DNA of 64,000 bases from Hydrurus foetidus (Eukaryota): contig UYFQ01000154.1 in assembly GCA_900617105.1 (NCBI GenBank), forward strand, positions 62,001 to 126,000, written 5' to 3'. Below the pieces are notes generated by a model. It had not been told where the DNA came from. It worked only from the letters and a program-made list of their open reading frames with translations, and did not search any database. Shown here piece by piece: positions 52,943 through 64,000 of this stretch (the first letter of the stretch is position 1; each line of letters begins with the position of its first letter). Position numbers and translations under genes: made by a program.

Positions 52943-55611
52943 ATGATGGCTGCGGATGGTCAAGGTACTCAGCAGCTTCAAGTTGAGGTCGCTGACGCAA
53001 TATTGAAGGCGCACGATCCGCGGGAAGGAAGATTGCTGATTGATGTGAGAGGAATCAGAATTCCGCCAGCTCTCGGTGAGGATTGCTGTCCGAGTACAGA
53101 ATAGATTAGTCGATGTTTTGCGGAATATTCAGCTGTATTACGAGTGTTGGCTGTTGGATGCCACAATCGAAGAGATTCGAAATGATCAAGTGTTATTACC
53201 AGACAGGAGAGAGCTTACCTATTAGAATCGTTTATTTCGCTAGTTTCGCTTCACTTGATGTATTCTGGACATGTTGTCTATGCAGATGTACGGCAGGATG
53301 AAAAAAAGGATATGTTTCTTGAAATTACAGTTGAGAGAACCAAGCAATCCGTGTCCGGATTTACCGGCGAAGATGTAAGCAATCCCTGGGAGGAAAAGGG
53401 AATTCTGGGAAATTTTCCTGTAATGGATTTCGACATTCCGGATTATTGTTCTGAAACAGAAGTTAAAATTAAGATTGTCGTGCGCTCAAAACCGATTCCC
53501 ATCGTCCTCCACAAGAAGACAATGACTCTTGGTGATTTCTTTTCAGCGACAGAGAGTAAGAAGTGGGAGAAAGTCGATGTTGCAGACCATTATCATTATA
53601 AAGAGGTATACGGCTGGACATCTTTGAAAATTAATTCATCAACACACAGGAGGAAACATTATAAATATAACGGGAGTTACACTCCGTATACATCATGTCG
53701 AAAGACGAATACTGAACAATTTCAATTGATGCTAAGGAGAATATCAATTCCGAAGTCACTTCTTAAAGAACAGAATCCTATCAAAAGTTTTTTAAGAAAG
53801 AGAAACAGAAAGAACACCGAAATACATTCAAATAAAACGGATAAGACGGTTGATTTGGGTGAGAGTGCTTTCGACTTCTACCTTCGAGTGAGGTTCAGTC
53901 GTACGGTGGAATTACTTACCCTTCAAAATGCCGAAAGTTTCTACGAGCATAATAGCTGCGAATTTAAGAAAATTAGATGCAAAACGGAATCTACAAATTT
54001 CAAATATGGCTATTCTAGTTCTACGATGAATAACAGTGTTGAAGGTTTAGTTTCTCCGTATGAGTTGAAGGCTGAGAATTACCGACAAAGCGAATTTCAT
54101 TTTTTAATACTACACGGGAGTGTGAACATCGTAAGTACAATCATGATCGATTTGTCAAGAAAGAAAAAGTTGCGTGCTGCTCTACTGTTGACAGATTCGT
54201 GTGGTCGAAATGCTCTCGACATTGCATTGAGCGGAGGTGAAAAAAACAAAGGAAATATTTATTTTTCGTTTTATGGTTCGCCCTATTTTATCTTATCCTA
54301 CTTGTGACGTCACAACAAAAAATAATCATTTGGATTTATTTGAAGCATGGCTGAAAAAAACGAGCAATATTTTATGTACCACGTACATACTTGCATCAAT
54401 TAGTATTTATTATTCTTTTTTTTTGCATTGTTGTCGATGAGTCAGTATGTGAAGTGACTGTGTGTTGCTTGATGGAGTAGTTATCTATTTTGTCATAAAA
54501 ATCGTACACTTTGAATTCAAGTGTTCTTATTAAGCATCTAATATGATTATTCTGCATCAAATATTTCAGGAAATTACGGGATGGTGCACTTATTGCTTAC
54601 TCGGGCTGGTCATTATTTTTTCAGCAAATAAGAAATGCGGAATGTTGGGCTATGCATCATGCAGTACTTGGAAAAAACATTCATTGCATAAATGCGCTAT
54701 GTACTTTCCGAGAGAGACATGGCCATTTTATGACCGAGTCTGACGAAGATTCTTTGAATTTACTGCAAATTGCGCATTCCATAAGATATCCGTTGGAAAA
54801 TCCATTCACACAGAATATATGGCCCAGAAAAAATCAATTGGACGAAGTGGCAACTTTCGAGAAACCTATACAGAAGGACCATTTATATCCAATATTTGTA
54901 AATTCTCTTGGTGTGGATGGAGAGACTGCTTTAATGGTCGCCTGCTCTCTGACCTTCAAGCCTGACCCCCCTCTTGCTCCCTCCTCCTCTTATCACTATC
55001 CCACTGTCTCTCTCTTCCACGTTCCTCCTCTCTTCTCCCCCTCCCCCTCCTCTTCCTCTTCCTTCTATTCCCTCTCCCCCCTTCACTCCTCACAAAGCAC
55101 ATACAAAGCTGCCAACATATCTACCTGCCGATTCTATGAGAAAATCTACTTTTCTTTCTCGTCTCCGATCTCTACTATCCCGCCCACGGCAAACATCCAC
55201 TTCAACCTCTACCTCTTCTCTACCACCATCGAGCAAACGCGACCCCACACACACAGCCGACACCGTACGTCCGTTCTATGAATCAGATCTACTAGAAATA
55301 GTTGGTAAACTGATACGGATGGGCGCGGATATTGGACACGTGTCAGAGCGCAGTGGACGTACGCCTTTAATGAATGCTTGCCAGGCTGGTACGTACTTAC
55401 ATATTTGGATACAATGTACAGTAAAATACAGAAATTCGTATGATTTTTTGTTTTCTTTCGACTTTCAAGTTTCGTACAACACCTTTCAAGTCATCTGACT
55501 ATAGAAATGGAAAATTTGATCTTTTCATAACTCATATGATTGTGCAAATGTACTAAGTCCGTAAGTGTTCATGAACATCTAGATGCACGTATGTGTGAAT
55601 GTACGTATGCA

Positions 55612-55647
<36 letters not shown>

Positions 55648-56457
55648 CGTATTCGACCAAATTACGCAATCTATCATTTAATAACTTTCAATCTTCCGTA
55701 CCGTAGTTTTGTTATTTTTTAATTGCTACGTGTAACAAATATCTAAAACGCGTTTATGATTTTAAAATGTGATATGACTACGTGATATCAAGATGTCATG
55801 AAAATATGGTACCTTGACGAAACGCTGATATCTGATTGAAGTACATGATATGAATGTCTCAATTATTTTACATTCTGTAGGTTCCACTAGAGTTGTCAAT
55901 CTCCTACTAACTTATCGTATGGATGAAAACGTTCTGAACAGAATTTGCGAAGGATCACCGAAATTGAGGTAAAACTGTTAAATAGAGTAATTGTACAATT
56001 ACGATTCTAATTTCTAGCTTGTTCATCTATTTGTGTTTCCCAATATTTTGTTTCATTTCGCCGCAACTTACTTAAATGAGATCATTAAAAACAAGTCCTT
56101 CAATGGTAATTTCGTCCATGATGTACTGAAATTTTGTACCATACGATCTAAAAATATAAAAAATGTAAAAAATCGTATTACACAATCATAAAGTCTCAGT
56201 AAAGATTGAGATTTTTTTACGAAGAAAAACAGTATCATTAATATGAAAAAGAAAATTACCACCAGATTAATGTTTTGATTTATCTTCAATTATTGTTGCA
56301 CATTTACTTCACCGTCACTGCAATTGAAATTTTCCGTTTTTTATTCCTTTTTAGTATTCCTTTTTTTCGTGTTTTCATTTTTCAGGGCGTTTATAGGTCA
56401 AGGAGTTTCACGAGATGATTCCAAAATGAATTTCATCAATCCTCTGCAACTCTACAG
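52943..56457 (+). pseudogene. 3'-truncated duplicate of the C2-like/ankyrin gene
   Basis: Same first exons as the downstream copy. It has a 1-bp deletion at ~54616-54621 (CATTATTTTTTCAG vs CATTATTGTTTTCAG) giving an early TAA. The duplication ends in an intron at 56609, so the last three exons are missing. Confidence 0.8.
55616..55646. repeat. (GT)n microsatellite
   Basis: Direct reading; it differs in the downstream duplicate. Confidence 0.9.
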
Positions 56458-56977
56458 GTAAACATTGATTTTCTTCAAATCTAAACAATACTAAAGAAAC
56501 GGGAAAAAAAATCCTGCGCCCTACCCTAACCTTTACAATTGATCGATCTCTAATATGAAAAAATCGAAGATTGGAAAAAAAACTTTTCTTCGACTGTGTA
56601 TACTTAATACTTATCACATAGATATCTAGATATCTATGTGATAAACATCACATAGATATCTAGATATCGGTAGTATTATACACGCGCAGCAGATTATGTT
56701 CAAAACGAATCTAAATTCTTGTGAATTTCATCAAAAAAAAGTCTCCCATTTTTCAGAAGGTTTGTTCACCAAGTTTTGAGCCAAAAAATTTTACACCTGT
56801 ACATAGGTACAGTAGATTTGAGTAGAGAGTGGAGTCAAGAATGGGAGACGGTGCTCCATCCGGCCCATAATCTTGGCATCGTACCTCTGAGATTGCCTTC
56901 CTGAAAGAAATAGCTATTGGCATTTCCGTACCATATGAGCATTCGAAACAGCTAGAAACACCGACTTCGTTTGATGA

Positions 56978-59900
56978 ATGATGGCTGCGGATGGTCAAGG
57001 TACTCAGCAGCTTCAAGTTGAGGTCGCTGACGCAACATTGAAGGCACACGATCCGCGCGAAGGAAGATTGCTGATTGATGTGAGAGGAATCAGAATTCCG
57101 CCAGCTCTAGGTGAGGATTGCTGTCCGAGTACAGAATAGATTAGTCGATGTTTTGCGGAATATTCAGCTGTATTACGAGTGTTGGCTGTTGGATGCCACA
57201 ATCGAAGAGATTCGAAATGATCAAGTGTTATTACCAGACAGGAGAGAGTTTACCAATTCGAATCGTTTATTTCGCTAGTTTCGCTTCACTTGATGTATTC
57301 TGGACATGTTGTCTATGCAGATGTACGGCAGGATGAAAAAAAGGATTTGTTTCTTGAAATTACAGTTGAGAGAACCAAGCAATCCGTGTCCGGATTTACC
57401 GGCGAAGATGTAAGCAATCCCTGGGAGGAAAAGGGAATTCTGGGAAATTTTCCTGTAATGGATTTCGACATTGCGGATTATTGTTCTGAAACAGAAGTTA
57501 AAATTAAGATTGTCGTGCGCTCAAATCCGATTCCCATCGTCCTTCACAAGAAGACAATGACTCTTGGTGACTTATTTTCAGCGGCAGAGAGTAACAAGTG
57601 GGAGAAAGTCGATGTAGCAGACCATTATCATTATAAAGAGGTGTACGGCTGGACATCTTTGAAAATTAATTCATCAACACGCAGGAGGAAACATTATAAA
57701 TATAACGGGAGTTATACCCCGTATACATCATGTCGAAAGACGAATACTGAGCAATTTCTATTGATGCTAAGGAGAATATTAATTCCGAAGACACTTCTGA
57801 AAGAACAGAATCCTATCAAAAGTTTTTTAAGAAAGAGAAACAGAAAAAACACCGAAATACATTCAAATGAAACGGATAAGACGGTTGATTTGGGTGAGAG
57901 TGCTTTCGACTTCTACCTTCGAGTGAGGTTCAGTCGTAAGGTGGAATTACTTACCCTTCAGAATGCCGAAAGTTTCTACGAGCATAATAGCTGCGAATTT
58001 AAGAAAATTAGATGCAAAACGGAATCTACAAATTTCAAATATGGCTATTCTAGTTCTACGATAAATAACAGTGTTGAAGGTTTAGTTTCTCCGTATGAAT
58101 TGGAGGCTAAGAATTACCGACAAAGTGAATTTCATTTTTTGATACTACACGGGAGTGTGAACATCGTAAGTACAATCATGATCGATTTGTCAAGAAAGAA
58201 AAAGTTGCGTGCTGCTCTACTGTTGACAGATTCGTGTGGTCGAAATGCTCTCGACATTGCATTGAGCGAAGGTGAAAAAAACAGAGGAAATATTTATTTT
58301 TATTTAACATCTTGATTCGCCCTATTTTATCTTATCCCACTTGTAACGTCACAACAAAAAATAACCATTTGCATTTATTTGAAGCATGGCTGAAAATAAA
58401 TGAGCAACATCGTATATACTGCGTACATACTTACATCAATTAGTATTTATTATTCTACTTTTTTTGCGTTGCTATCGATGAGTCAGTATGTGAAGTGACT
58501 GTGTCTTGCTTGATGGAGTTGTTATCTATTTTGTCATAAAAATCGTACACTATGAATTCAAGTGTTCTTATTAAGCATCTAATATGATTATTCTGCATCT
58601 AATATTTCAGGAAATTACGGAATGGTGCACTTATTGCTTACTCGGGCTGGTCATTATTGTTTTCAGCAAATAAGAAATGCGGAATGTTGGGCTATGCATC
58701 ATGCAGTACTTGGAAAAAACATTCATTGCATAAATGCGCTATGTACTTTCCGAGACAGACATGGCCATTTTATGACCGAATCTGACGAAGATTCTTTGAA
58801 TTTACTGCAAATTGCTCATTCCACAAGATATCCGTTGGAAAATCCATTCACACAGAATATATGGCCCAGAAAAAATCAATTGGACGAAGTGGCAACTTTC
58901 GAAAAACCTATACAGAAGGACCATTTATATCCAATATTTGTAAATTCTCTTGGTGTGGATGGAGAAACTGCTTTAATGGTCGCCTGCTCTCTGACCTTCA
59001 AGCCTGACCCCCCTCTTGCTCCCTCCTCCTCTTATCACTATCCCACTCCCCTCCCCCCTCTCCATTCTCTTCCTCTCCCCTCAACTGTCTCTCTCCCTTC
59101 CACCTCCACTTCTATTCTCTCCCCTTCACCCCTCACAAAGCACATACAAAGCTGCCAACATATCTACCTGCCGATTCTATGAGAAAATCTACTTTTCTTT
59201 CTCGTCTCCGATCTCTACTATCCCGCCCACGGCAAACATCCACTTCAACCTCTACCTCTTCTCTACCTCCATCGAGCAAACGCGACCCCACACACACAGC
59301 CGATACCGTACGTCCGTTCTATGAATCAGATCTACTAGAAATCGTTGGTAAATTGATACGGATGGGCGCGGATATTGGACACGTGTCAGAGCGCAGTGGA
59401 CGTACGCCTTTAATGAACGCTTGCCAGGCTGGTACGTACTTACATATTTGGATGCAATGTACAGTAAAGTACAGAAATTCGTATGATTTTTTGTTTTTTT
59501 CGGTGAAGAGTTTCAAGTTTCGTACAACACCTTTCAAGTCATCTGACTATAGAAATGGAAAATTTGATCTTTTATAACTCATATGATTGTGCAAATGTAC
59601 TAAGTCTGTATGTGTATGTATTTATGTGTGTGTGTGTGTATGCGTGTGTGTTCGTATTTGACCAAATTACGCAATCTATCATTTAATAACTTTCAATCTT
59701 CCGTACCGTAGTTTTGTTATTTTTTAATTGCTACGTGAAACAAATATCTAAAATACGTATATGATTTTAAAATGTGATATGACTACGTGATATCAAGATG
59801 TCATGTAAATATGGTACCTTGACGAAACGCCGATATCTGATTGAAGTACATGATATGAATGTCTCAATTATTTTACATTCTGTAGGTTCCACTAGAGTTG

Positions 59901-62618
59901 TCAATCTCCTACTAACTTATCGTATGGATGAGAACGTTCTGAACAGAATTTGCGAAGGATCGCCGAAATTGAGGTAAAACTGTTAAATAGAGTAATTGTA
60001 CAATTACGATTCTAATTTCTAGCTGGTTTACATATTTGTGTTTCCCGATATTTTTTTTCATTTTGCCGCAACTTACTTAAATGAGATCATTAAAAACAAG
60101 TCTTTCAATGGTAACTTCGTCCATGATGTATTGAAAATTTCTACCATAGGATCTAAAAATGTAAAAAATGTGAAAAATCGTAATATACAATCATGAAGTG
60201 TCAGTAAAGATTGAAATTTTTTTACGAAGAAAAACAGTATCATTAATATGAAAAAGAAAATTACCACCAGATTAATGTTTTGATTTATCTTCAATTATTG
60301 TTTCACATTTACTTCACCGTCACTGCATCTGAAATTTTCCGTTTTTCATTCCTTTTTAGTATTCCTTTTTTTTCGTGTTTTCATTTTTCAGGGCGTTTAT
60401 AGGTCAAGGAGTTTCACGAGATGATTCCAAAATGAATTTCATCAATCCTCTGCAACTCTACAGGTAAACATTGATTTTCTTCAAATCTAAACAATACTAA
60501 AGAAACGGGAAAAAATTTTTTGCGCCCTACCCTAACCTTAACAATTGATCGATCTCTAATATGAAATAATCGAAGATTGGAAAAATTAACTTTTCTTCGA
60601 CTGTGTACACTTAATATTCTAATGTTGAATTTTTCTTAAAAACAAGACTTTTGCTTATTTCGTCATTTTTCCTGCTTTTTTTCTCATCGCACAATTTTTT
60701 TCTTTTTTCAGCTGTCTGCCACTCACAGCAAATCCCGAAAACGCACTGATGATTGCTGCCAAAAATGGACATTCTAAAATAGTGCGGAACCTGCTCATAG
60801 TTGGTAAGATATGTGATGTGTCTTTCCTGAGTACTCATGTTATGTTTGTTTGTATTTATGTGTGTGTATGTATGTGTGCATATAATTTTTTGAATATTTT
60901 CTTTATGAATTTTTTTGCTTTAATATGCCCAGCATTTATTGAGTTGAATACGTACTAACTATTTCTTATGACGTTCTTGAAGGTTTGAATCCGTTAACGG
61001 TATCTCTTAACGGAAATACGGCTCTTCATCTTGCGGTTGAAAACGGCCATATGAGTGTGTGCGAAGTTTTCGTTGACTTTGAAGAAAAGTAAGCAAATTA
61101 TCCGTATACGTATTTCCGTGATAAAACGGTGTCTATCGTTTAATTCCGCTATAGTTCAACATGCACTAGATATTTGAACTTGTACTATGTATTGCGAATT
61201 TCGAAATTTGAGAAGTCAGTATTACACTTCTTTCTACTATTTTTAAACGTACAAGATTCTCGAAATCAAATATTTCACAGTAACAGAAGTTAATTATTTG
61301 CGAATTCCTACTTTGATATTGTTGGAATTCGCATGCATATGTATTTTTTTTAGTCTTATTTCCAGCAGTTGATCTAGACAGTAAATCTTAATTATATTCC
61401 CTGGCTATGCTGACTGTTATTTGATACAGTTTTTTTTTAGTAAGTATCAGATACAAAATCGAAATTTCTTCTTTGTCTACTTTTTAACTCTTTTGATATC
61501 GACATTTATTTTGTATGTATTTATATGTTTACTCATTCTTTGAATCATTTACTTTTTTTTGTTAACTTAGTTCTTCGTTCACATACTTATTCATTCATTC
61601 ACCTATTTATTCATCTATTCATTTATTTTTCTATCCATCTATCTATCTGTTTATTTATCTGTCTGTCTATCTATCTATCTGTCGATCTATCTATCTATAT
61701 ATCTATATATATATCTATCTGTCTATCTATTTATCTATCTATATATCTATCTATCTATCTATCTGTCTATCTATCTGTTTATCTATATATCTATCCATCT
61801 ATCTATATATCTATCTATATATATATCTATCTGTCTATATATATATATATCCATCTATCTATCTATCTGTCTATCTATATATATATATTTATTTATTTGT
61901 TTGTGCATTTATTTAATCATTTCTTCATTCACTTATTCGATCATTTATTTAGTCATGTATTCGTCTATATCTTTTGCTTGTTTCAGACTCTGGAGAAGAA
62001 GAGAAGAAAAAGTCAAAGCAAATCCGAGGACAACACAAGAGTATTTAGTCAAAACTTTGTTAACGCGGAATCTGTTTAATGAAGCGCCTCATAGAATTGC
62101 TCAGAAAAACGGATTCAAAAATGTGGCAAATTTTCTCATTTGGAAAGCTCACGAAATTTACAAAATTGAAAAATCTAAAATGGTTATTAACTTTGGTAGA
62201 GATAATAGAATTGATCAATGGGAATTTTTCTTTAGTTCCGGGGAAAATAAAAAAGAAGAGGAAGAAGAAGCAGGAAACGAAAAGAAAAGGAAAAGAAAAG
62301 GAAAAAAAAGAAGTAGAATTCATGCCTGAACTGCATCAGATAAATAATTGGAATTATTGTGATGCATCAAATACTGACACTGATGACAAATTTAATTGGG
62401 GCTCTAATAAAGATGGACACAAAAATGATTCGAATACCAGTTATCTTTCTTCGTCACAAAAAGAAATTGATGTTTCTTCAAAATTGCACAGACATCTAGA
62501 AAATAACATGATTCGAAATAGGTCTTCTTTAGGCTTAAATTCGAGCAATAAATCTTCAAAATCTCAAGATTCTTGTGATTCCATTCCACCCCAATATAAT
62601 GAAGAAAAGTCGATGTGA
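56978..62618 (+). CDS. Ankyrin-repeat protein with N-terminal C2-like domain
   Basis: Exon 1 (MMAADGQGTQQLQVEVAD...LLIDVRGIRIPPAL) splices to DVRQDEKKDLFLEITVE. Ankyrin motifs: GRNALDIA, WAMHHAVLG, GETALMVAC, GRTPLMNACQAG, KTALMIAAKNGHSKIVRNLL and GNTALHLAVENGH. There is a frame break near 59050-59150, and the stop is uncertain (62329 as assembled, 62618 if there is an indel near 62285). Confidence 0.8.
61631..61888. repeat. Degenerate (TATC)n microsatellite
   Basis: Direct reading; intronic; accounts for ORF 61525..62079. Confidence 0.9.
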
Positions 62619-63301
62619 TTTTCATGTAAAAAATGGAAACTTATGAAATGGTACTATTTCGATTAAAAATAAGCAATTGGATGGGTTGAAAAGGGTCTAA
62701 GATTTTATTTTACATGTAGAAATTACATAGTTGGCTTTTGAGGAGAAGTAGGGCACATACAGAGTAGGAGAAATACATGCAGAGAGAAATGAAAAGACAG
62801 AGATAGGGAGAAAAAAGAGAAAATGAAGTTGGAAACAAATTACAAGAAATATAGAGATTAATGAAGAGATAAGAAAAAAAATTGACTTCCAGAAGAATTT
62901 TCCACGGAAATGTAATTCATCACCATGGTTTATCTATTTTGGACAAAAATGAGAGACTTTGTAGGGAAAGTTAAATAAAAGAGATTTCATAAAAGAAATA
63001 TGATGATAGAGGCTTTTTCGAATAGGCGGAATGATGATCGGAAAAAAATATTTCGTAAAATACACTTATGTAGAAATTTAAGGAGCTACTTAACACATCG
63101 AAAATCCTTGAACATTATCAACGCAACGGACAGGGGAAGAAAAAATAAAATAAATTGTAACTTGAGAGGATTTTTAATAATAAATAACAGTAGCATATTG
63201 AAATGAAATTTGTGTCGATTTACCTACTGAAAAAGAAAAGTACTAAAATCTTCGGATTTGTTATGCGTGGATTAAATTACATATATATATATATATGCAT
63301 G

Positions 63302-63358
63302 CATACATACATACATACATACATACATACATACATACATACATACATACATACATAC
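63302..63358. repeat. (CATA)n microsatellite
   Basis: Direct reading. Confidence 0.95.
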
Positions 63359-64000
63359 AACAGGTACTTTCAGCTAAGTGCATTAAAATTTAAATAATAA
63401 ACATGACATATAAAACGCGTTTTGTGATCACAAATTACCATCGATCACTAATGTTTGCGATGTAGTGGCTGGAATAAAATCGATGTCTTGAAGTGTTACA
63501 CGGTACAGTGTAGTACTGTTAATAGCTGTACTGTTAAGTGTTACACTGTTCAGAGTTGCACTACACCGATTCAGTAGACTGATACCCGCCTAATATTGAA
63601 TTCAATGACACCCATGATATTGTGTCGAATGAAGTGATGGCATTTGTCGCTGTCATGTTGTGACGTATATCTTCATTGAGACGTCTTTAATTTTCACGGA
63701 GCACGATTTGTAGTTTCTCTCATCTTACTGTTGGATTATTCAAGTGGAGACTGAATAATATTCTGATTTCTCGTAGCGAAGAGATTACTCGTAGTTTGAG
63801 AGCAATTAAAACCACCCTATCGGAACAGCAAGTTCTGCTTTACATTTCTGATATGATCTGATCCATTGTAATGCTAGACGCAGACCACCGCACAGCAAGA
63901 AAAAATCAAGTTCTTCGTCAGAGATTCCAGAGAAGTATCGTCTGCGCTTTAAAACGGATAAGGTCAAATCAGAACATCGATGAAATAAGTGCCTTGACCT

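Larger units (their letters stand above)
52638..60616. repeat. Recent tandem segmental duplication (~3.97 kb x 2)
   Basis: 52638-56609 and 56645-60616 are colinear and highly similar in both exons and introns. They are separated by a 35-bp junction. Confidence 0.95.

Noticed and set aside
52685..53014. Minus-strand ORFs (also 56753..57049) conserved between the duplicates
   Set aside because: They are antisense to the first exon and 5' region of the ankyrin gene. The similarity reflects recent duplication.
56518..56532. CCCTACCCTAACC telomere-like motif (also ~60525)
   Set aside because: Fewer than two full units, intronic and not an array.
1..64000. rRNA, tRNA, transposase, reverse transcriptase or viral genes; a functional gene cluster
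   Set aside because: None recognised by eye, and the neighbouring genes have unrelated functions. tRNAscan-SE and Infernal would be needed to exclude small RNAs.

Overview
Intron-rich, AT-rich eukaryotic nuclear DNA. It most likely comes from an alga with a secondary red plastid (ochrophyte/chrysophyte-like), inferred from bipartite signal+transit peptides. About 14 genes or gene remnants were hand-spliced using GT-AG introns: the 3' end of an ACSF3-like acyl-CoA synthetase, a ~12 kb ADCY10-like soluble adenylyl cyclase with a STAND NTPase, Xaa-Pro aminopeptidase, a SAM-carrier-like transporter, PIG-F, two hypothetical proteins, a SpoU methyltransferase, ubiquilin/Dsk2, two tandem Tim44/MAIP1-like paralogues, a 2OG-Fe(II) oxygenase, and a C2-like/ankyrin gene preceded by a ~4 kb truncated tandem duplicate. 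The window also holds a non-autonomous hAT element (8-bp TSD), a Tc1/mariner-type MITE (TA TSD), several short foldbacks, an intronic 29 x 21-bp minisatellite and many microsatellites. The most notable observations are: a palindrome plus 8-bp duplication at the duplication junction (resembling a hAT footprint); sharp mosaic divergence between the Tim44-like paralogues; loss of the bicarbonate-binding Lys in the sAC-like cyclase; GTAC clusters upstream of several genes; and a possibly lumen-targeted oxygenase. I found no CRISPR array, RNA gene or clearly new multi-gene system. Identities and counts were made by eye, and some frameshifts may be assembly errors.
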